A DNA stretch of 64,000 nt from Fibrobacterales bacterium (GTDB lineage: Bacteria; Fibrobacterota; Fibrobacteria; Fibrobacterales; JAOPTW01), in NCBI GenBank assembly GCA_051532055.1, contig JAOPTX010000010.1:62108-126107 (forward strand), given 5' to 3'. The notes below the pieces were generated by a model. It saw only the letters and a program-made list of their open reading frames with translations, was not told the origin of the DNA and made no database searches. Position numbers and translations under genes: made by a program. Position 1 is the stretch's first letter, and every line of letters begins with the position of its first letter. This document shows, piece after piece, positions 46,325-56,556 of the stretch.

Positions 46325-48769
46325 TTAGTAAAATGTTGGAGGATTTGGAGACTCAATTTCATCTTTCAGTTTGAGTCTTTTAAGCCTTTTATTCCATCTA
46401 CTGGTGTCGTAAAAACCCATGACCATGGGGAAAATAACGAATGCAACGAGAAGGGTTATGAAAAATGCAATAAAAATCATGATTCCAAGACTGTAAAGGC
46501 CGCCATGAGATGCAAAGAGGAGCCCGATAAAGCCAATAACAGAAGTAAATATTGCAATTGCAACAGTGGTTCCTGTTCTCATGAGTACAAAAAAGAGGGA
46601 GCCTGATTGTTCTTCTTGATACCGAAAGAAAAGATGGATCGTTGCATCAGATGCAAGGCCCAAAAAGAGTGGGAATATTATAATGCTAATAGAATTGAAT
46701 TTTAACCCCAAAAAGTTGAGGACCCCAATAAAAATCAAGCCACCAATAAGGACAGGTATAAGGAGTATAAGAGTATTTTTTATGCTCCGGGAATCAATAT
46801 AGAGGATGAGTCCAATGGCGAGGAGAGACCAAAAAAGAACTCTGCCTAGGTGAGGGAGGGTTAAATCGAGAAAATCGGCAGTCAAAATTGCCTTACCGGT
46901 GGCATACAGTGTTGAGGAACCGAGGGTAATGGCACTAATTTCATTGCGAAACCGACGTGCAGCAAGACCGTCATTTGTTTGATCCTTGGGAAATACAAAA
47001 ATAAATTTACTGAGTTTTTGATTACGGCCCATAAATTTTCGTTTAATACTCTCAGGGAGGTCTTCTTGATGGAGTGGCGGTACATCCCAGTAGTCAGTTA
47101 ATTTTTTTGTTGTTGTAATTAGCTCAGAGGTCAGCTGGGATTGTATTTTGGGAGTAAGTATTTCTTTGAGTTCATCAATAATCTCCAACTTCTCCTCTTG
47201 ATTGAGGGGGAGGAGTGAGTGATATGATATGATTTTTCTAATAGTACTGTTGGGATTGTTTTTTAATCCATGTAAGTGCTCGACAAGTTGAGTCGTCTCT
47301 ACATCATTATTTGCAATGAATATTGCTGGTTCAGTATACTCCTCTTTTGCTTTTTTGAGAAGTGATTCAGCATATCTGTTTTCGTTTACAAAGCCAAGCT
47401 TGTCAAAGTCATATTCAAATTGAGGGTAAAAGCCGTAAAAGCCAAGGAAGAGGAATATCACAATCAAGAAGGGTATGGGGAGTTTCCAAAGGGTAAAAGG
47501 GCGTCTCCTAAACTGTATGTGATTGTATATTTTTTTGCCGTACACTTTAAAAACATGAAATCGTTGTATGAGAATTAATATGCAAGGGAAATTGAGCATG
47601 ACTGAGAGCCAGATACAGATAATACCAGCTCCACCATAGATGCCAATAGTATGAAAGGCTGGGAATGGGATAAGAGCAATGCAGAAAAAAGAGGCTGCAG
47701 TAGTCAGTGATGAGGTGGTTACCGCGGGACCGGTTTCAAGAATAATATTTTCGAAGGCTATTTCTGGACCGAGTCCTTTTCGGCGCTCCTCGCCATATCG
47801 AGACAGGAGGTAGACTACTGAATCAACGCCAAGCCCTACAATAACAATTGCCAATAAGAGGCTGGTCATGTCGAGGTTTTTTCGGGAGAGTGCGAAGACG
47901 CCAAGAGTCCAAAGGACACCGATTCCAATAGGAATGACTGTTAGAAGTGGGATCATGGGTTGACGATAAAAATAGAAGAGTAAGAAAGCGAGAATTATGG
48001 CTATGGGGATCCATGCAGAGCGTTTCAGTTCACTGATAAGCTTGCCTTCGGATAAAATATTACTATAGATCTCACCAGCATAGTGAATAGAAACTCCGGC
48101 AGTATCAATGGTAGACAGTTGCTTTTTTACGCGATTATAAAGCACCAGGGATTTTTTAATATCAGTTACATCAAAATCGGGATAAATTTTAAGAAGTTGA
48201 ATTGTTTGATCATGGGTACCGAGGCGCTCTTTGAGTGAATGAGAGTATTTGTTTTCGATATCAGCAAATTGAAGCGTGGAGTCCTGCATGAGGGAGTCAA
48301 TTGATTCTGATGTAGGATCGCTCAGTTGCACCACAAAAGGGTGCCGCGTTTTGCGGATATCGTGAACGAGTGTCGTGACTCGGTCTCGAACCAGTTCGAG
48401 GTCTTCGAGAGAGATATAGAGTAAACGATGCTTGAGAAAAAAAGAAGCTTCTGTTTTGTACTCAACAAAATTTATAAGTGTTGTATCGTGGAGTTTTTTC
48501 TCTAAAGAAGTAATGATGCGGTGATTAGCTTCTGGAGATTTTGATTGGACTATAACATCGAGGGTACCGAAGCCACCAAAATTTTCTTGTAGTTTTTTAG
48601 CAGCTATAGTAGCAGGTTGGTCATCGGGGAAAAGGTCGAGTAGGCGTAAATTGAGCTGAAGATGTGATGCTTGATAGAGTGCAAATAGAGAGACTATCAA
48701 TGAGATCGTCAGGACAGTTAGAGGTCGTTTATGGACTGAATGAAGCAGTCGGCAAATTAATATACTCAT
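46325..48769 (-). CDS. MMPL/RND-family lipid transporter (HpnN-like)
   Basis: Two repeats of 1+5 TM; GLGVDSVVYL.RY.EE and GLASDATIHL.RY.EE. Confidence 0.85.
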   Translation of the reverse strand: MSILICRLLHSVHKRPLTVLTISLIVSLFALYQASHLQLNLRLLDLFPDDQPATIAAKKLQENFGGFGTLDVIVQSKSPEANHRIITSLEKKLHDTTLINFVEYKTEASFFLKHRLLYISLEDLELVRDRVTTLVHDIRKTRHPFVVQLSDPTSESIDSLMQDSTLQFADIENKYSHSLKERLGTHDQTIQLLKIYPDFDVTDIKKSLVLYNRVKKQLSTIDTAGVSIHYAGEIYSNILSEGKLISELKRSAWIPIAIILAFLLFYFYRQPMIPLLTVIPIGIGVLWTLGVFALSRKNLDMTSLLLAIVIVGLGVDSVVYLLSRYGEERRKGLGPEIAFENIILETGPAVTTSSLTTAASFFCIALIPFPAFHTIGIYGGAGIICIWLSVMLNFPCILILIQRFHVFKVYGKKIYNHIQFRRRPFTLWKLPIPFLIVIFLFLGFYGFYPQFEYDFDKLGFVNENRYAESLLKKAKEEYTEPAIFIANNDVETTQLVEHLHGLKNNPNSTIRKIISYHSLLPLNQEEKLEIIDELKEILTPKIQSQLTSELITTTKKLTDYWDVPPLHQEDLPESIKRKFMGRNQKLSKFIFVFPKDQTNDGLAARRFRNEISAITLGSSTLYATGKAILTADFLDLTLPHLGRVLFWSLLAIGLILYIDSRSIKNTLILLIPVLIGGLIFIGVLNFLGLKFNSISIIIFPLFLGLASDATIHLFFRYQEEQSGSLFFVLMRTGTTVAIAIFTSVIGFIGLLFASHGGLYSLGIMIFIAFFITLLVAFVIFPMVMGFYDTSRWNKRLKRLKLKDEIESPNPPTFY

Positions 48770-48943
48770 ATGATGTTAAATGTATTTAATTGCATTCAAA
48801 ATGCGGCCATTGTGTCTCGATATCTGTAAAAACTATCCATTTTAAAGGAAGGCGCTTGGTAAGGATCAGGTATGATCTTGATACTACTATAGGGACTCCT
48901 CGGTTAAATAGCTGTAAGCGTATTATTTTGGCTATATTTATAA

Positions 48944-50497
48944 GTGATAAGTAGAAGTAAGATAAAAATGATGAACATTCGGAACATAGTGGCCTGTATA
49001 CTGGTGTGTGTGTTGAGCTCAATAGCTCAAAATCATGGTGTGAGAGATGTGTCTCCACAAATTGATTCATTAAATGTGACCGATACTCATCTTATTGAAG
49101 AATCTTCCCTGGCTGATGTAGATTCAGGTATGGTTATTGTGGATAGTATCATTCACTATTCTCGAACGTTAGCAATCGAGATACTCGCCTGGCCATTCGA
49201 AAATTTGGTAGAGCCATTAGTGACTGTGGCAATTGCTCCCATTCGCCCTCCAATGAACTATGTTTTTCAAGAAAAAATCATAAACAAGGCGATCGACCTC
49301 GTTACTTTTGGCCCTCGCGAGAATCTGATTATAACTCCTGTTGCAAAAATTATGTCGGGGCCTGGTTCATTGATTGGGTTTTCATATCGTCATTTTAGAT
49401 TGATGGGTGATGATCATCATGATGCACTTCGATTAAATTATGCCAAATATTTGAATGGTGACTGGAGAATGCGTGCCAAATATAAACGGTCAAAGCTCTT
49501 TGGGAGTAAGGCTGGTTTTTTTGTTGAATTTAAGGTGAATAATAAAAAAGGAGACACCTTTTTATATCCTGGGACAGATAAAGAGTATATCTTTGGCGAC
49601 TCAACATTTGGATTTAGAGCAGAGATTTCCTATCCAGTTATTGCCGGTTGGGGACTCAATGTGCAAATAGCCCAGGAACACCCTGAGTATTATGATCCTT
49701 TTTATGGTACTAATACTCCAGCAATCCAGAGAGAGCAAACGCCACAGTCTTTGGTTAATAGAGGGTTTCCGCATAATGACTATCGGAAATATAAAATACA
49801 CAATTATTATGTTGCGCTGGGGAAGTCTACGAAAGATTCACAGCATATGCCTACTCGAGGCTATAATCTCCATTTTGGATATGGATATGTCGATGTCCAA
49901 AATAAGAGTGATATTATCGTTAAAGATCTCAATAACAACACCCATTCAGTAAATATGAAGTTTCAGAAGTTTTTATTGCTCGGTGAAACTGAATATGGGC
50001 TATCGAATAATGAGGATAAAGAGAATGTTCGATTTTTAAAAAACTTGAATGTCTCTAATTTACTCGATATTTTTAAAGTTGAACGGCTCGAGAAAAACTT
50101 CCTTCAACGTAAGGTACTAGTATTTCAATGGAAAATGAGACAGATGCTGGAAGTCGAGTCAGGTAATGGCTTTTTTAAGGGGTATAGTAGTATCAGTAAT
50201 GAAACGCCCCTCAGGGCCTATGGTCGTGCAGGGGTTGATAAAGCATTTATGGCGGCGAGTATGGAATATCGGTTCCCTTTAATTCGTTTAATGGCTGGAA
50301 CATTTTTTGTTGATTTTGCATCGGTAGCCCCAACATTATATTCTGCCGATCAACTGTGGAATGATAATCTTCGTTCCTCCTTTGGGATTGGCTTGAGAAT
50401 GAGAAAGTCTAACCTCTTTCTTACTCGTGTACAATTTGCTATTTCTGGAAGCCTCAATGTGTTCAGTTTAAACCTAACGGTATCACCGGCCTACTAA
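48944..50497 (+). CDS. Omp85 (BamA/TamA) family outer-membrane barrel
   Basis: Signal peptide; PTRG, PLRAYG, SMEYRFPL, FFVDFASV, SFGIGLR; C-terminal aromatic residue; start may be ATG 48968. Confidence 0.68.
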   Translation: MISRSKIKMMNIRNIVACILVCVLSSIAQNHGVRDVSPQIDSLNVTDTHLIEESSLADVDSGMVIVDSIIHYSRTLAIEILAWPFENLVEPLVTVAIAPIRPPMNYVFQEKIINKAIDLVTFGPRENLIITPVAKIMSGPGSLIGFSYRHFRLMGDDHHDALRLNYAKYLNGDWRMRAKYKRSKLFGSKAGFFVEFKVNNKKGDTFLYPGTDKEYIFGDSTFGFRAEISYPVIAGWGLNVQIAQEHPEYYDPFYGTNTPAIQREQTPQSLVNRGFPHNDYRKYKIHNYYVALGKSTKDSQHMPTRGYNLHFGYGYVDVQNKSDIIVKDLNNNTHSVNMKFQKFLLLGETEYGLSNNEDKENVRFLKNLNVSNLLDIFKVERLEKNFLQRKVLVFQWKMRQMLEVESGNGFFKGYSSISNETPLRAYGRAGVDKAFMAASMEYRFPLIRLMAGTFFVDFASVAPTLYSADQLWNDNLRSSFGIGLRMRKSNLFLTRVQFAISGSLNVFSLNLTVSPAY

Positions 50498-50499
50498 AT

Positions 50500-50850
50500 A
50501 TGAGTATAGAATCAATAAATAAAGAAGAGTGTGTTGTGGTCTATTCAACAACGAATAGTCATGAAAATGCTCTCGAACTCTCTAAAATGCTCATTGAAGA
50601 TGCCGTCGCTGCCTGCGTACAAATTATTCCGGGGGTCACGAGTGTGTATGAATGGCAGGGGACTGTTGAGCAAAGTACAGAGTATGGCTTAATGATTAAG
50701 ACTCATAAGAGTGCTCTGGAAGCAATTAAAAAAATATTTAATACACTTCATCCTTATGACGTACCAGAGTTTGTTGTTGTTCTCATAGATACTATGAGTG
50801 AACAGTATCTCGAATGGTTTAAGAAGACAATGAGAAGAAATGGAGAGTAG
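50500..50850 (+). CDS. cutA: Divalent-cation tolerance protein CutA
   Basis: AACVQI.PGVTSVYEWQG...IKT...HPYDVPE...YLEW. Confidence 0.95.
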   Translation: MSIESINKEECVVVYSTTNSHENALELSKMLIEDAVAACVQIIPGVTSVYEWQGTVEQSTEYGLMIKTHKSALEAIKKIFNTLHPYDVPEFVVVLIDTMSEQYLEWFKKTMRRNGE

Positions 50851-51481
50851 AAGTGAGCATTTTACCCTAAATGATGAAAAGTTTACTCTACAATGCCCTA
50901 TAAAGAGTGATGCGGTAATCAAAGAACAGTGGAATAGACACGAGCGTGATGACCGGTATTTTCCTTATTGGTTGGATGCGTGGAATGCCGCATTTGGACT
51001 GTATCTTTTTTTTAAACGCAATGAAATCGCTCTGCATAATAGTTTAGAAATAGGGTGTGGGGGCGGTATGCTTGCACAAATGCTCCAGTCTAATGGAGGA
51101 GATATAATTCATAGTGACCTCATGCCAGAGGCGGTAGCTTTTTGTAAGAAGGTGGTAGATGCACCGGCTGCTGTCAGGGAATTTGTCTCATTTGATATAG
51201 GGACAAGTTGTTTTGATTCTCAATTTGATCTGATCTTTGCTTCTGATATTTTATATGAGGAATACCTTGCTGAGGCTGTCATAAAATTTGTAAATTTGCA
51301 CCTGACTGAAAGTGGGTCACTCTATCTTGCAGACCCTGCACGATTTGGAAAAAAATCAGTGGTCGATCGCTTTTATAAAGAGAAAAACTTGATTGTTTCG
51401 AGTATCACCGAAACATTTACTCTCAATGGTACTTCGTGTAGTATTGAGATTCACACAATACAAAAGGTTAACCGTGTTTGA
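50840..51481 (+). CDS. Class I methyltransferase (Methyltransf_16 / protein-lysine MTase-like)
   Basis: PYWLDAWNAA, LEIGCGGG, FDLIFASDILYE, LADPAR. Confidence 0.8.
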   Translation: MESRSEHFTLNDEKFTLQCPIKSDAVIKEQWNRHERDDRYFPYWLDAWNAAFGLYLFFKRNEIALHNSLEIGCGGGMLAQMLQSNGGDIIHSDLMPEAVAFCKKVVDAPAAVREFVSFDIGTSCFDSQFDLIFASDILYEEYLAEAVIKFVNLHLTESGSLYLADPARFGKKSVVDRFYKEKNLIVSSITETFTLNGTSCSIEIHTIQKVNRV

Positions 51482-52625
51482 AATTAAACATATTGTAACA
51501 GGATTTATTATTGGAATAGCCAACCTTATACCAGGAGTTTCTGGGGGGACATTTGCCCTTATTTTTGGTGTCTATGAGCGTTTGATTAAATGCATCAACT
51601 CTATTAACGGTGTTACGCTTAAGAAAGGACTTACACTTAAAATACATTGGGTCACCAGTGGATTTAAAAAAGAAGCCTTTAATGACCTTGTAGCTTGGCT
51701 AAAAGAGAATGATTACCCTTTTATTATGATGATCCTTCTTGGGGCGGCCCTGAGTATACTTGCTCTTTCAAAATTAATGGCCTTCTTGCTCGTGAATCAT
51801 TTTGAATATACGTACGCCTATTTTTTTGGTTTAATTATTCTCTCGATTTTGATTCCTTATAAATTCATAAAAAAGAAAGGTGTTGTTCAAATTGTGGCTC
51901 TAATTGCTGGTATTGCATTAACCGTTGGTGTTGCTGCACAAGTAAATCCCGCAGAAAAGGTCGCAAAAAAATCTGCACTCATGCAGGTACGGTATGATGC
52001 GGAGAATGCGCCTGAAGTACTTGTTCAAGGACATGTCAACGCTCCTTTGGTAAATGATTCTTTTTTTCGCTTTACCCATAAATATTCAATGGGGGAGCTT
52101 CTCTTTATCTTTATAGCAGGTGCCCTTGCGATCTCTGCAATGGTACTCCCTGGGGTAAGTGGTTCATTGGTATTGATACTTCTCGGTCAATATTTTGCAG
52201 TTGTCTCAGCAATAGCAGCATTTCAAACAGATCTTCTTATAGAGCATTTTATTAATATCGATTATCTTTTGTTTTTAGGGGTGATGGCATTGGGGCTTGT
52301 TATTGGTCTACTTGGTTTTTCACGACTCATTGAGTTTGTGCTTAATAGATATCATGATACCACGATAAGTTTCCTCGTTGGGCTTATTGCCGGCTCTCTC
52401 TACCCGCTCTGGCCATTTAAAGAGTTTATCGTTATAGATAACTATGTAAAGTCTGGCAGTGCTGTTGATGTTATTAAGGAGTTCAAGGCATATACTAATA
52501 TCAATACCCTTCCTGGTGATACCACTACTGCAATTGTAGCAGTTGTTTTTATGCTTCTCGGTGTGGCTACAATGGTTTATTTTGTTAAAAAAGAGAGTGG
52601 TGAGAGCGCTCCGAGTGCAGACTAA
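51474..52625 (+). CDS. DUF368 family (undecaprenyl-phosphate translocase-like)
   Basis: GIANLIPGVSGGTFA and AMVLPGVSGS duplicated motifs; GTG start 51474. Confidence 0.9.
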   Translation: MFEIKHIVTGFIIGIANLIPGVSGGTFALIFGVYERLIKCINSINGVTLKKGLTLKIHWVTSGFKKEAFNDLVAWLKENDYPFIMMILLGAALSILALSKLMAFLLVNHFEYTYAYFFGLIILSILIPYKFIKKKGVVQIVALIAGIALTVGVAAQVNPAEKVAKKSALMQVRYDAENAPEVLVQGHVNAPLVNDSFFRFTHKYSMGELLFIFIAGALAISAMVLPGVSGSLVLILLGQYFAVVSAIAAFQTDLLIEHFINIDYLLFLGVMALGLVIGLLGFSRLIEFVLNRYHDTTISFLVGLIAGSLYPLWPFKEFIVIDNYVKSGSAVDVIKEFKAYTNINTLPGDTTTAIVAVVFMLLGVATMVYFVKKESGESAPSAD

Positions 52626-52632
52626 GTTATCA

Positions 52633-53016
52633 GTGAATCTTAAAAGAAATCACAAAACCATAGGGACCATGGGTGAAGAGTGTGCGGTTCACTTTTTGGG
52701 TGATAAAGGATACACTGTATGTGAACAGAACTTTAGAGTAAGAAGTGGTGAGCTCGATATTATTGCACAGGACCCACAAGGCGTATTAGTATTTGTTGAG
52801 GTGAAAACATCAAGAGGGGTTCAAGCGGGAGCTCCACAAGAATGGGTCACTCTCAAAAAGCAGAAACAGATCTACCGGATTGCCCACAAATATTGTGCTC
52901 TCAATTCCATTGAAGATGCACCGATGCGATTTGATGTTATTGGAATACAGGTAGTTGATGAGAGCAAAACTCAAATAACTCATTATGAGAACGCATTTAT
53001 CCCTTCTCTTAACTAG
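52633..53016 (+). CDS. yraN: YraN/UPF0102 family protein
   Basis: GEECA..FL..KGY...NFR...GELDIIA...FVEVKT...RFDVI...ENAF. Confidence 0.92.
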   Translation: MNLKRNHKTIGTMGEECAVHFLGDKGYTVCEQNFRVRSGELDIIAQDPQGVLVFVEVKTSRGVQAGAPQEWVTLKKQKQIYRIAHKYCALNSIEDAPMRFDVIGIQVVDESKTQITHYENAFIPSLN

Positions 53017-53105
53017 TGGTATATCAGCGACTTATATATTTTACCCCTGTTTAATTAACTTTAAAAAGGTTATGTTGTATAAAAAGCTCCAACCCAGTAG
53101 AACCC

Positions 53106-54629
53106 GTGCAATCTGCAGAATTAGAGAATAGAATGTCAGTGAGAATTACAGGTGGTAATACATTCCCTTGCCCTTTTGGCGATTTTGAAATTCTGAGTAA
53201 ACTGGGGAAAGGGGGCATGGGTAATGTCTTTAAAGCTATGGATAATAGTTTTAAAGGGGGAAGGCTTGTTGCCCTAAAAATCATGGATAGTTTTAACTCA
53301 AACGATGATCAAATCAAGCGTTTTGAGGCCGAAGCAAATGCCATGAAAGAACTCGATCATCAAAATATTGTACAAGTGTATGGATATGGATTTGAGGGTG
53401 AGCAACAGTTTATCGCAATGAAATATGTTGAGGGAACTAACCTCTCAGAGCTATTAAAAGTACGTGGCCGTCTCGATTTTCCATTGATGGTAAATTATGC
53501 GCAGCAGATCTGTAGAGGCTTGCGTTATGCACACAGTTTTAAAATTATTCACCGAGACGTTAAGCCTTCTAATATTATTGTTACGAAATCTGATAGAATT
53601 TATATTACTGACTTTGGAATCTCATATATTAAAGATATGGATCGCCTTACCACAACAGGTATGGCAATGGGGACACCGGAATATATGTCTCCTGAGCAGT
53701 GTCAGGGTAATGACCTGAATGTTCAAACAGATATTTATAGTGTTGGGTGTATTCTCTATGAGCTGATTACAGGCAATCCTCCCTTTATTGGTAATAAACC
53801 TCTTGCCATTGCATATAATCATGTGAATAAAGAGCCCGAAGCACTTGACGTTAAGCGTCGTGGTGTGCCAGATCAATTGACTCATATTGTAAATAGATGT
53901 TTGGCAAAAAGTAAACTTGACCGATATAAAAACATGGTTGAGGTACTTGATGACCTGGATAACGTCGAATTTGGTGCTGTTACTCAGGCGAAAGAGACTA
54001 TTAAAGGTAAGTATAAAAAACACCGTGAAAATTATGATATAGAAACGGGCGAGCAAAAGAGAATAACTGACAGTATTAGAGCTATAACTGGGACGCAAAC
54101 GCTTAAGGGGTTTGCCGCTCTTCTTACTCTTATTTTGGGTATAATAGCGTATCTTCTTTTTGCGAAGGCTGATGGACTTGGTGTAATTACACCTGAATCA
54201 GTAGCAGCTGAATATATGCAGACTTTTGCTGATGGCCCCCTTTCTCCCGATCATCTACTTGATAAAAAAATTGGATCAGCGTGGGCGTCAAATGGTGTGT
54301 TTAGCGAACATATGAACCCGATCAAAATAATATTTTCTGAAAATACCCTTGTCTATACTGTAGGGATTGCAGTGGGCTATCAACTCTCGCGTGACGACTC
54401 ATACCAAGATCGGTTCGAGTTTTTTGCTAAACCGAAAGTGGTCGTGATCAAAACTGACAATAATCAAATGAGAAGAATCGTTTTGAAAAATATCAAAGGG
54501 GTTCAGTATTTTAATATTCAGCCCTTTGAAGCCCATTCTATGGAGCTTCAAATACGTGAAATTTATTCGACAGGACAAAGTACCCCTGTTGCAATTTCTG
54601 AACTTAAAGTGTTGGGCGTAGAACTTTAG
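53106..54629 (+). CDS. Membrane Hanks-type Ser/Thr kinase with extracytoplasmic discoidin/NADase-type glycan-binding-like domain
   Basis: LGKGGMGNV, VALK, HRDVKPSN, DFG, GTPEYMSPEQ; one TM; LLD...SAWA...GYQ...PK...I.EIY...AISEL. Confidence 0.88.
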   Translation: MQSAELENRMSVRITGGNTFPCPFGDFEILSKLGKGGMGNVFKAMDNSFKGGRLVALKIMDSFNSNDDQIKRFEAEANAMKELDHQNIVQVYGYGFEGEQQFIAMKYVEGTNLSELLKVRGRLDFPLMVNYAQQICRGLRYAHSFKIIHRDVKPSNIIVTKSDRIYITDFGISYIKDMDRLTTTGMAMGTPEYMSPEQCQGNDLNVQTDIYSVGCILYELITGNPPFIGNKPLAIAYNHVNKEPEALDVKRRGVPDQLTHIVNRCLAKSKLDRYKNMVEVLDDLDNVEFGAVTQAKETIKGKYKKHRENYDIETGEQKRITDSIRAITGTQTLKGFAALLTLILGIIAYLLFAKADGLGVITPESVAAEYMQTFADGPLSPDHLLDKKIGSAWASNGVFSEHMNPIKIIFSENTLVYTVGIAVGYQLSRDDSYQDRFEFFAKPKVVVIKTDNNQMRRIVLKNIKGVQYFNIQPFEAHSMELQIREIYSTGQSTPVAISELKVLGVEL

Positions 54630-54654
54630 ACGTTACTCTTCGAAGACAACACAT

Positions 54655-54673
54655 CAAGGAGATTTACTCCTTG
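54655..54673. terminator. Hairpin between convergent kinase and plsC
   Basis: CAAGGAG-ATTTA-CTCCTTG; no strong T-tail. Confidence 0.45.
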
Positions 54674-54690
54674 CGTGGGTGTCATACTTT

Positions 54691-55407
54691 TTATTGATTT
54701 ACACCTGATTCAATTATATCACGAACCATATCTTTCAGATCAGGAATATCCGTTGCTTGGATGGTTTCAATACTGATAGATGGATGTATAATAACTTCAA
54801 CTTCACCAGGAAAAAACATAATTGATCTTTTGTGGAGCACGCTATTGGCATTGCGAATAGAGATGGGGACAATGGGGTGCTGAATATCTTTAATGTATTT
54901 AAATATTCCCACTTTAAATGGAGCTACAGTCGTATCGATTGAGCGAGTACCTTCAGGGAACGCACAAAAATTGTGTCCATCATCAATATTTTTTTTCATT
55001 CTCTGTGCAAGCCCTTTGTTTTTACGTGGGTTTGAACGTGAGACAGGGAGTGATCCTGATGACTTGATAGCCCAGCCAAAAATAGGGACATTGAAGAGCT
55101 CCTCTTTGGCTAAAAAGGCGACGTGCCCCGAGAGCGAAACAATAAGTGGTATATCTATAAACGATTGATGATTACTGAGAACAATAAATTTTTTACCCTT
55201 CATGATATGCTCTTTGCCAGTCACTTTTAGTTTTATACCAAACATAAAGAAAAAGGCTTTAAAAAAGGGTACTTGAATATGGGGGTATAGTTTCTTTTGA
55301 TTGGTGAGGAAACAGAGAATAGTCCAGGGAGTGATAATGACTATATACCACAGAATAATAGCCCCAAAAAAAATAATTCCTCGGGTATAGGCTAAAATGT
55401 TTTTCAT
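54691..55407 (-). CDS. plsC: 1-acyl-sn-glycerol-3-phosphate acyltransferase
   Basis: NHQSFID, FLAKEEL, FPEGTRS, PFKVG; start at ATG 55407 just after pyrC stop. Confidence 0.9.
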   Translation of the reverse strand: MKNILAYTRGIIFFGAIILWYIVIITPWTILCFLTNQKKLYPHIQVPFFKAFFFMFGIKLKVTGKEHIMKGKKFIVLSNHQSFIDIPLIVSLSGHVAFLAKEELFNVPIFGWAIKSSGSLPVSRSNPRKNKGLAQRMKKNIDDGHNFCAFPEGTRSIDTTVAPFKVGIFKYIKDIQHPIVPISIRNANSVLHKRSIMFFPGEVEVIIHPSISIETIQATDIPDLKDMVRDIIESGVNQ

Positions 55408-55411
55408 CGAA

Positions 55412-56416
55412 TTAATCATCAATTTTCCAGCGAACCGTCTCTCCGGCCATAAAAGGAACGACACCATAACAGATTTCGGGAATCTTATGCAATGTTTTTT
55501 TAAGGGTAATGGTTTCACTGTTTTGTGGGATACCATAGTACTGAGCTCCAAAAACTGAACAGAAGTTTTCGAGGAGATCAAGTGCATCATTTTGATCAAA
55601 AAACTCAACGAGGAGTGGAAGTGCGGCTGGCGCAGTATAGACTCCGGCACTTATTGAACTACATTCTTTAGATGTCTTTGGGTGTGGTGCACTATCAGAG
55701 CCAAAGAAGAATTTGTTGTTACCAGAGAGGGCTGCTGAAGCAATGGCATCACGATCACTTGCGCGTTTGGCGATAGGCATGCAGAGGTTGTGTGGGTTTT
55801 TGATGACATCATCAAGGGTTATAAAAAGGTGGTGTACCGTTATGGTCGCTACAACAGTATCAGGGAGTTCCTGCACTTTTTTTATCGCAGCGGCAGATGA
55901 GACGTGTTCAAGGACGATTCTAAGTTTGGGAAAGGTGTCGACAAGGTCTTGGAGGCTTGGTAAAAAGGCTTCTTCACGGTCGATACAGAGTACATTAGGG
56001 TCTTCGCCATGAATAGAGAGCACCATGTCTAGGCGCTCCATTTCTTCGAAAAGTGGATAGAGCTGCTTAATGTTTGTTGCGCCATCTTCGGCATTAGTAG
56101 TTGCGCCTGCTGGATAATATTTACCCGCAATTACGTTACACTCTTTAAAATCTGCAATCGCTGAAATTTCCATACCAGGAATTAATTTGAAGGTCATGAG
56201 TGGTTCAAAACCATCTGTGTGTTCTAAAATAAAAGAACGGTACTCTTCGAGTCCTTCTGGCGTGATAATAGGGGGGAGGGTATTCGGCATGATTACTGCC
56301 CGTTTAAACTGACGTGCGGTCTCATTAACGTAATTGATGAGTGGTTCACCTTGACGAATATGTAGATGTAAGTCATCAGGTTTAATGAGGGTAATACTAT
56401 TTTTTGTAATTTCCAT
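55412..56416 (-). CDS. pyrC: Dihydroorotase (class II, E. coli-like)
   Basis: PDDLHLHIR, IMPNTLPP, KYYPAGATTN, IHGE, VLEHVS, FFGSDSAPH. Confidence 0.95.
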   Translation of the reverse strand: MEITKNSITLIKPDDLHLHIRQGEPLINYVNETARQFKRAVIMPNTLPPIITPEGLEEYRSFILEHTDGFEPLMTFKLIPGMEISAIADFKECNVIAGKYYPAGATTNAEDGATNIKQLYPLFEEMERLDMVLSIHGEDPNVLCIDREEAFLPSLQDLVDTFPKLRIVLEHVSSAAAIKKVQELPDTVVATITVHHLFITLDDVIKNPHNLCMPIAKRASDRDAIASAALSGNNKFFFGSDSAPHPKTSKECSSISAGVYTAPAALPLLVEFFDQNDALDLLENFCSVFGAQYYGIPQNSETITLKKTLHKIPEICYGVVPFMAGETVRWKIDD

Positions 56417-56556
56417 AACGCTACTTCGCCTTCTGTTCAGGTGAGCAAAATATAGAAAATTATTGCTTCTCCCGTTCTTAGGATCAAGAGAGACTATATA
56501 TGAAACGTGAATTTACCAAAGGTGGAGTAGTAGATAAGTGCCTTAAGCTCAAGACA

